IMG/VR virus record: IMGVR_UViG_3300037704_000085
Location: 1 to 64,000 of that record
Length of the DNA stretch: 64,000 nt
DNA from: a virus
Strand: one strand, 5' to 3'
Below, piece by piece: positions 63,501 through 64,000 of this stretch. The notes below the pieces were generated by a model, which worked only from the letters and a program-made list of their open reading frames with translations, made no database searches and was not told the DNA's origin. Numbering within the stretch: position 1 is the first letter of the stretch; the number at the start of each line of letters is the position of its first letter. A program made the translations under genes and the position numbers.

Positions 63501-64000
63501 CAACGGTCTGAAGGTCGGGTATGACGATTTCGAATACTTCCTTGAGGGTAATCGAAGCTTCACCATTCTGATTGACTCCAAGCCGGGTTTCCAGAAGCAA
63601 TTCGATTCCGGGCTCGCTGACGCCGTGGCTGAAGCCAAGACCGGAGACGACCTGACCTTGTGGGCCGATGGCTTTGTGCGCGCCGCGTTCGACTTTGTGG
63701 CCTTTGACGAAGTGATGACGCCGCTTTCGCTGATGGGTGTCGGCCTGAAGGCACGATTGGGTCGCGCTGTCGAGACCCTGAAGGCTGGCGGCAAGCCGGT
63801 GATTTGGCTCGATGAAGTGTTGGCTACAGGCGCGGCGTTTTACGTGGCCGATTTGGTTGGCCGGGCGCTGGCAGAGCGGGCTGGCGATTTTGTCAAGGAC
63901 GGCACGGTAGTTGATCGCGGAACGATCCGGGAGGCGGCGCTGGCGGAAATCACCGCAGAGCCGTTTGACGGGTTCGCCGGGGCCTTCGTGGTGCCTGCCA
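57571..64000 (+). CDS. darB: DarB-like N6-adenine methyltransferase plus SNF2/SF2 helicase; >2143 aa, truncated by window end
   Basis: GGAG RBS; in-frame EYYTP, VLDPCAGSG (~58054), TNVPFG (~58252), DDVGLGKS (~60247), IDEAH (~60730), SATPITNS, QRNGRGVRQGN (62101); frame still open at 64000. Confidence 0.88.
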   Translation, partial: MFRSFLDDATSKLSKLSLSSLLAQKIVPLMGEKKKESPNRMTVLSLTRSMVDILSQLGAMTAKAVEVVAGAAKFFPQEQRRTKGARQKDNDAALALMAKLRSEGREATDQERAVLARFSGYGGGLVDPEGKEGSPYEYYTPTPVAAGTWELLKGLGFAGGKVLDPCAGSGVFAATRPDNAVIDQVELSSLSGGVNALVNAGPGVTTKISPFEAVAATLPDESYDAVVTNVPFGDAGLREHAHKDDKLQSASLEAYFILRTMDKLKPGGLAAFITPPRIVSGTDAAMEDLRFKVSLRAEFLGAYRLPNKVFQDASDADTIVDIIAFRKHSRGAKQKIDELAAENIDVLRDKAVLWPEFLEGKYFRGEGLKFQLGEFKAKDPAKLRDVDRVISDEKDTAAIAKMIRKFPGSRIDWAGLDAEETAPILYQDGDVLYQDGQTLEYRAGKWLVREQDASSVNLAETGNQLTTALNAVNAGISFADAESWLRSMNVRAMGGDVPEWARKSIYAVAKQAVGERESWWQAVTAALAAKAVLEENFGAEPFHYNMAYPVLSARLLAVSHYGNRTIQAPDDIKGALKLLRVIVPRKGAFYARWLGNVKADVDMGDLTPEKAYEKIKYQSGDDFGYVPLDRLKTSQGEAFDPLNDDDWCLNPDGQSVMRAGDYYQGNYADFLKHSDEELKAAADPVIAAKILRQRQVAGERVAMPAIEKMTFTLNSPYLSQSQKLDFLRENVDPRFSLVPEMTTEGVEAINGKKEPVPTGRMLIDFPKISSAKETRRDQALRRFAVSYLKNGTITTGSKNDVVLANAEAESALIQEMREIVQSSNAKFNIWAKTNPDAFDSLKARLHDPANLFFPQVDDDSDLEIEGIGERKPHGYQNVSIRRYSRHFSGILGDDVGLGKSLQALLAVLHVQNIGAKRKTIFVVPNSVLSNWKRESAMAYASTDDCLYVGLTFDKAGKPIVDNKQRDRDIHAILENRHRKIFMTLEAFTSIPMREPTLEAYKSHIASTDPSFFEASEKKADEIRAAKKQQALMDTGKKSAALPYFEDMGVDSLVIDEAHMAKNSRLLSDFKSAKYLASSVASDRGLDMQIKCWFVRSHSANKDGVLALSATPITNSPLEIYSMLTLAVGEQELNRRLGIMGGDDFMNAFTDVQEQEEPDLIGRPRAGRVFLGLQNVTMLRTALQQIAIIRDKNDVGMAISVPEEDGVSTKVELDAESKRKLAYYKSIYEAARLMQKDEALPEQEQAVEAYCAQSGESVDLVAHPFNLINKMAKLIMDQELDKDGSFYQFSAAQGDAAKVAVGQFNNKNFKEKRDRPGLLTDPKNVSMKVRKDDNDNEKAEYTILVKAWIDGNQIVIDTDDHNTQSKFLEIADKAGLDLDVKISPKLAAMLENVKKELANPKAGRGTDAQGNPLPRLAKQIIFCDMLGMHNKIKLALKRVGIKPSQVAIVNAQAISDPADMQDVQDGFNAEHEENRYRVIIANKKAEVGINLQVGTQAIHHLSIGWTPDSLQQRNGRGVRQGNYLQRVTVYHYDANGSFDEYKRMLVGKKDDWIGKVIGKHGDVENIQIGGELSEKEMHDLIMSSGDAGAMEKAREQIERRERERMRDAARGNQVQILRIIEGQNNWLKNHADATAYRNAKIFEYLDLTWQAEELAAKIGRSTSERVIATLKKQKADVDARAATLGGLLEGSSFVPAGQYDYQGNGHAKVDTPISGKGYKLQEYGRDKGQPQFRGKLNPDSALGQRYAAERAGKGKALQQARDDYKGQAARQGAYSDSTLKAFETGEGKIIGGVLLMQGMVGIHKGEYWIAETPSKLVLPIDGRSMPSGAAVSGFEFVGPADADEDWLPVATNLARVDEQTIAQNKADGFEIGDKRLYSTCSPEIAALVKLVPTGKLAYPNNLYLKAPLFRFPINPEQATTPLLKAIVAQQAEAIEWKHETDQWERKTSRVRALNIHKVEPEGVRYDGRSAALITFAIANGLKVGYDDFEYFLEGNRSFTILIDSKPGFQKQFDSGLADAVAEAKTGDDLTLWADGFVRAAFDFVAFDEVMTPLSLMGVGLKARLGRAVETLKAGGKPVIWLDEVLATGAAFYVADLVGRALAERAGDFVKDGTVVDRGTIREAALAEITAEPFDGFAGAFVVPA

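Noticed and set aside
1-64000. tRNA, rRNA, CRISPR array, IS element, integrase, lysis cassette
   Set aside because: None seen by eye; intergenic gaps are short and mostly explained by promoters and terminators. A covariance scan was not possible.

Overview
A 64-kb segment of a GC-rich, contractile-tailed phage distantly related to P1. The host is probably a betaproteobacterium (inferred from GC content and codon style only). Nearly all real genes are on the + strand; most long minus-strand ORFs in the track are shadows. Order: terS, a free-standing GIY-YIG endonuclease and terL (75-3548); about 25 kb of small early/accessory genes behind five repeated sigma70-type promoters that share a 15-bp operator-like motif (3600-28364), interrupted by a small late operon (P1 gp26/gp25/gp7-like genes plus a second GIY-YIG); portal, prohead protease, Sit-like tape measure, baseplate, tail fibre and gp24/gp6/gp5-like genes (28439-40520); a P1 Dar-type set of head-packaged proteins (Hdf-, DarA-, DdrB-, DdrA-like; 40531-50564); a separate cassette of fibre-like proteins (50854-57498); and a >2100-aa DarB-like methyltransferase-helicase that runs off the end and is missing from the ORF track. 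Most notable: (1) a canonical integron gene cassette with an intact attC in the early region and no integrase in the window; (2) a recurring hydrophobic-Asp ([LFM]D-[ASG]) motif that looks like a head-protease processing and capsid-targeting code, dividing some proteins into small cargo domains; (3) a late-promoter signature CGGAAA(G/A)C-N28-(-10 box) with exact spacing at five sites, three apparently leaderless. No capsid, sheath, tube, lysis, replication, integrase, tRNA or CRISPR loci were seen. P1 homolog names come from remembered motifs and synteny, not from database searches.
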